The notes under the pieces were generated by a model, which saw nothing but the letters and a program-made list of their open reading frames with translations, did not search any database and was not told the origin of the DNA. A program made the position numbers and the translations under genes. From Gemmatimonadales bacterium (GTDB lineage Bacteria; Gemmatimonadota; Gemmatimonadetes; Gemmatimonadales; GWC2-71-9): a DNA stretch of 64,000 bases. The DNA lies in contig DASSYA010000024.1 of NCBI GenBank assembly GCA_035703525.1, forward strand, positions 69,309 through 133,308. Direction: 5' to 3'. This document shows, piece after piece, positions 62,751 through 64,000 of the stretch; the stretch's first letter is position 1, and each line of letters begins with the position of its first letter.

Positions 62751-63827
62751 TCAGCGCGGCACGAAGTCGGTCGCGCTGTCGACTCGCCGCGCGAAGGCGG
62801 CCAGCAATCGGGCGGCCTGCGTGATATCCTCGAGTGCAGCCATCTCCGACGGCGAGTGCATGTAGCGAAGCGGCACCGAGACGAGGCCAGTCGCGACACC
62901 GCGGTGTGCCGTGAAGATGGCATCGGCATCGGTGCCCGTGGTGCGCGGCGCGGCCTGGAGCCGATACGGAATCCCCTCTGCCGTGGCGACCTCGACCAGC
63001 AAGTCGGCCACCACCGGGTTGACCGCGGCACCCCGCGAGATCACCGGACCACCCCCGAGGCGGACGTCGCCGTGACGCTTCTTCTCGACTCCGGGCGAGT
63101 CGGTCGCATGCGTCACGTCGACCACGATCGCGACCCGTGCGGCGAGCGCCGATGCCGAGGTACGTGCTCCCCCCCCCGTATAGGCGATCTCCTCCTGGGT
63201 CGTGGCCACCGCAGTCACGGGCACGGGCGCCCGTTCCTCACTCAGCAGTCGTGCCGCCTCGAGGACCACGTAGGCACCGATCCGGTTGTCGAGTGACCGG
63301 GACACGATCCGGTCGTTCGGCAGTCGCATGACAGGGCTGGCGAGCACGCCAGCCGTCCCGATGTCGACCATGGTGAGCGCCTCGTCGCGGGAGCGCGCCC
63401 CGATGTCGATCCACAGCTCGTGGACCTTGCTCAACTTGTCGCGCGCCGCCTGATCCATCAGGTGGATCGCCTGCTTGCCGATCACACCCGGCACCGGACC
63501 ACCGCGCCCGATCAGTGTGACCCGCTGGCCGACAAAGACCTGCGAATCCCAGCCGCCGATCACGTCGAACCAGCAGATCCCCTCGTCGTCGATGTGGACC
63601 AGCATGACCCCGATCTCGTCGATGTGGCCGGCAAACATCACGCCCGGACCCTCCCCGACGCCGCCCTGACCGAAGACAGTCGCGAGGGAGTTGCCGTTGA
63701 CATCGACGGTGACGGTGTCAGCGAAGGTTGCGGCTTCGCGCCAGAGCCGCGCAGGCGCGCGCTCGAAGCCGGACGGACCCGGGGCGTCGAGCAGCCGGGT
63801 GAGCAGGGCAAACGGGTCGGTAGTCAT
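62751..63827 (-). CDS. M42 family metallopeptidase (glutamyl aminopeptidase / FrvX-like)
   Basis: LLDAPGPSGFE, AGHIDEIG, SRSLDNRIG, TTQEEI.. and GVATGLVSVPLRYMHSP are typical M42 motifs. Confidence 0.85.
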   Translation of the reverse strand: MTTDPFALLTRLLDAPGPSGFERAPARLWREAATFADTVTVDVNGNSLATVFGQGGVGEGPGVMFAGHIDEIGVMLVHIDDEGICWFDVIGGWDSQVFVGQRVTLIGRGGPVPGVIGKQAIHLMDQAARDKLSKVHELWIDIGARSRDEALTMVDIGTAGVLASPVMRLPNDRIVSRSLDNRIGAYVVLEAARLLSEERAPVPVTAVATTQEEIAYTGGGARTSASALAARVAIVVDVTHATDSPGVEKKRHGDVRLGGGPVISRGAAVNPVVADLLVEVATAEGIPYRLQAAPRTTGTDADAIFTAHRGVATGLVSVPLRYMHSPSEMAALEDITQAARLLAAFARRVDSATDFVPR

Positions 63828-63908
63828 GCCCCGGAAACTAGGGGGCCATCCCGGCGGCGAAAAGCGCCGAAGGTCCCGGGCCCGGATTCAGGGCGATATC
63901 TTGGACGG

Positions 63909-64000
63909 ATGATGTCCCGACTCCGCGACACCCTCGCCTCGATCTGGACCTGGACCGTCCTGGCGGTCCTGGTCGTCGTGTATTTCCCGATCATCCTGCT
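63909..64000 (+). CDS. 5' end of a membrane protein gene (partial, runs off the window)
   Basis: ATG 63909 gives MMSRLRDTLASIWTWTVLAVLVVVYFPIIL, an N-terminal TM helix. The frame is open to the window edge. Function cannot be assigned. Confidence 0.3.
   Translation, partial: MMSRLRDTLASIWTWTVLAVLVVVYFPIIL

Noticed and set aside
1-64000. A window-wide look for CRISPR repeats, tRNA/rRNA genes, transposase/integrase/recombinase genes, phage structural genes, toxin-antitoxin pairs and known defence-system signatures (reverse transcriptase, cyclase, STAND NTPase, restriction-modification).
   Set aside because: None was recognised by eye. Every gap longer than about 100 nt was read on both strands, and only the short repeats reported above were found. 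tRNAscan-SE, Infernal/Rfam and DefenseFinder/PADLOC runs would be the decisive checks.

Overview
This is a densely coding bacterial chromosomal segment, roughly two-thirds G+C by eye. I call 68 protein-coding genes, the last one partial. I recognise no rRNA, tRNA, CRISPR array, transposase, integrase or phage gene, and I see no obvious compositional island. The gene content points to a Gram-negative environmental lineage, possibly Gemmatimonadota; this is inference only. Supporting genes include a CBM9/DUF5916 outer-membrane protein, a choice-of-anchor-B protein, lipoproteins with poly-proline tethers, an ECF-sigma-led TolC/MacAB operon and PolX. Positions 1-40553 carry mixed-strand housekeeping and envelope genes: OsmC, HIT, SDR, sialidase, amidase, YjbQ, HxlR, DinB, a hybrid histidine kinase, VOC, DoxX, YceI, a DEAD-box helicase, OmpA, M28, NhaA, a Kv channel, SSADH, an APC permease, TspO and MscS. 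Positions 40557-61590 are an uninterrupted run of 23 minus-strand genes, many translationally coupled. Most long ORFs in the six-frame track are antisense or out-of-frame artefacts of the high GC content and were discarded. Start codons were chosen by eye from signal peptides, SD-like motifs and gene overlaps, so they are approximate. No canonical defence or mobile system is visible. The best candidates for something new are as follows. (1) The 180-2606 pair: a PA2779-like tail-anchored small protein with a Gly-Gly motif, next to a C39-like peptidase fused to TPR, POTRA and an Omp85-type barrel. (2) A 26-bp inverted repeat enclosing a heptamer microsatellite between nth and the cyclophilin gene. 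(3) Twin GCGCAACATGTTGCG palindromes 82 bp apart, at 55824-55926. (4) A PDZ / fRMsr-like GAF / hydrolase / orphan / PolX / Nth operon. (5) Two conserved small genes that seem to lack canonical start codons. All functional names rest on motif recognition from memory, not on database searches.
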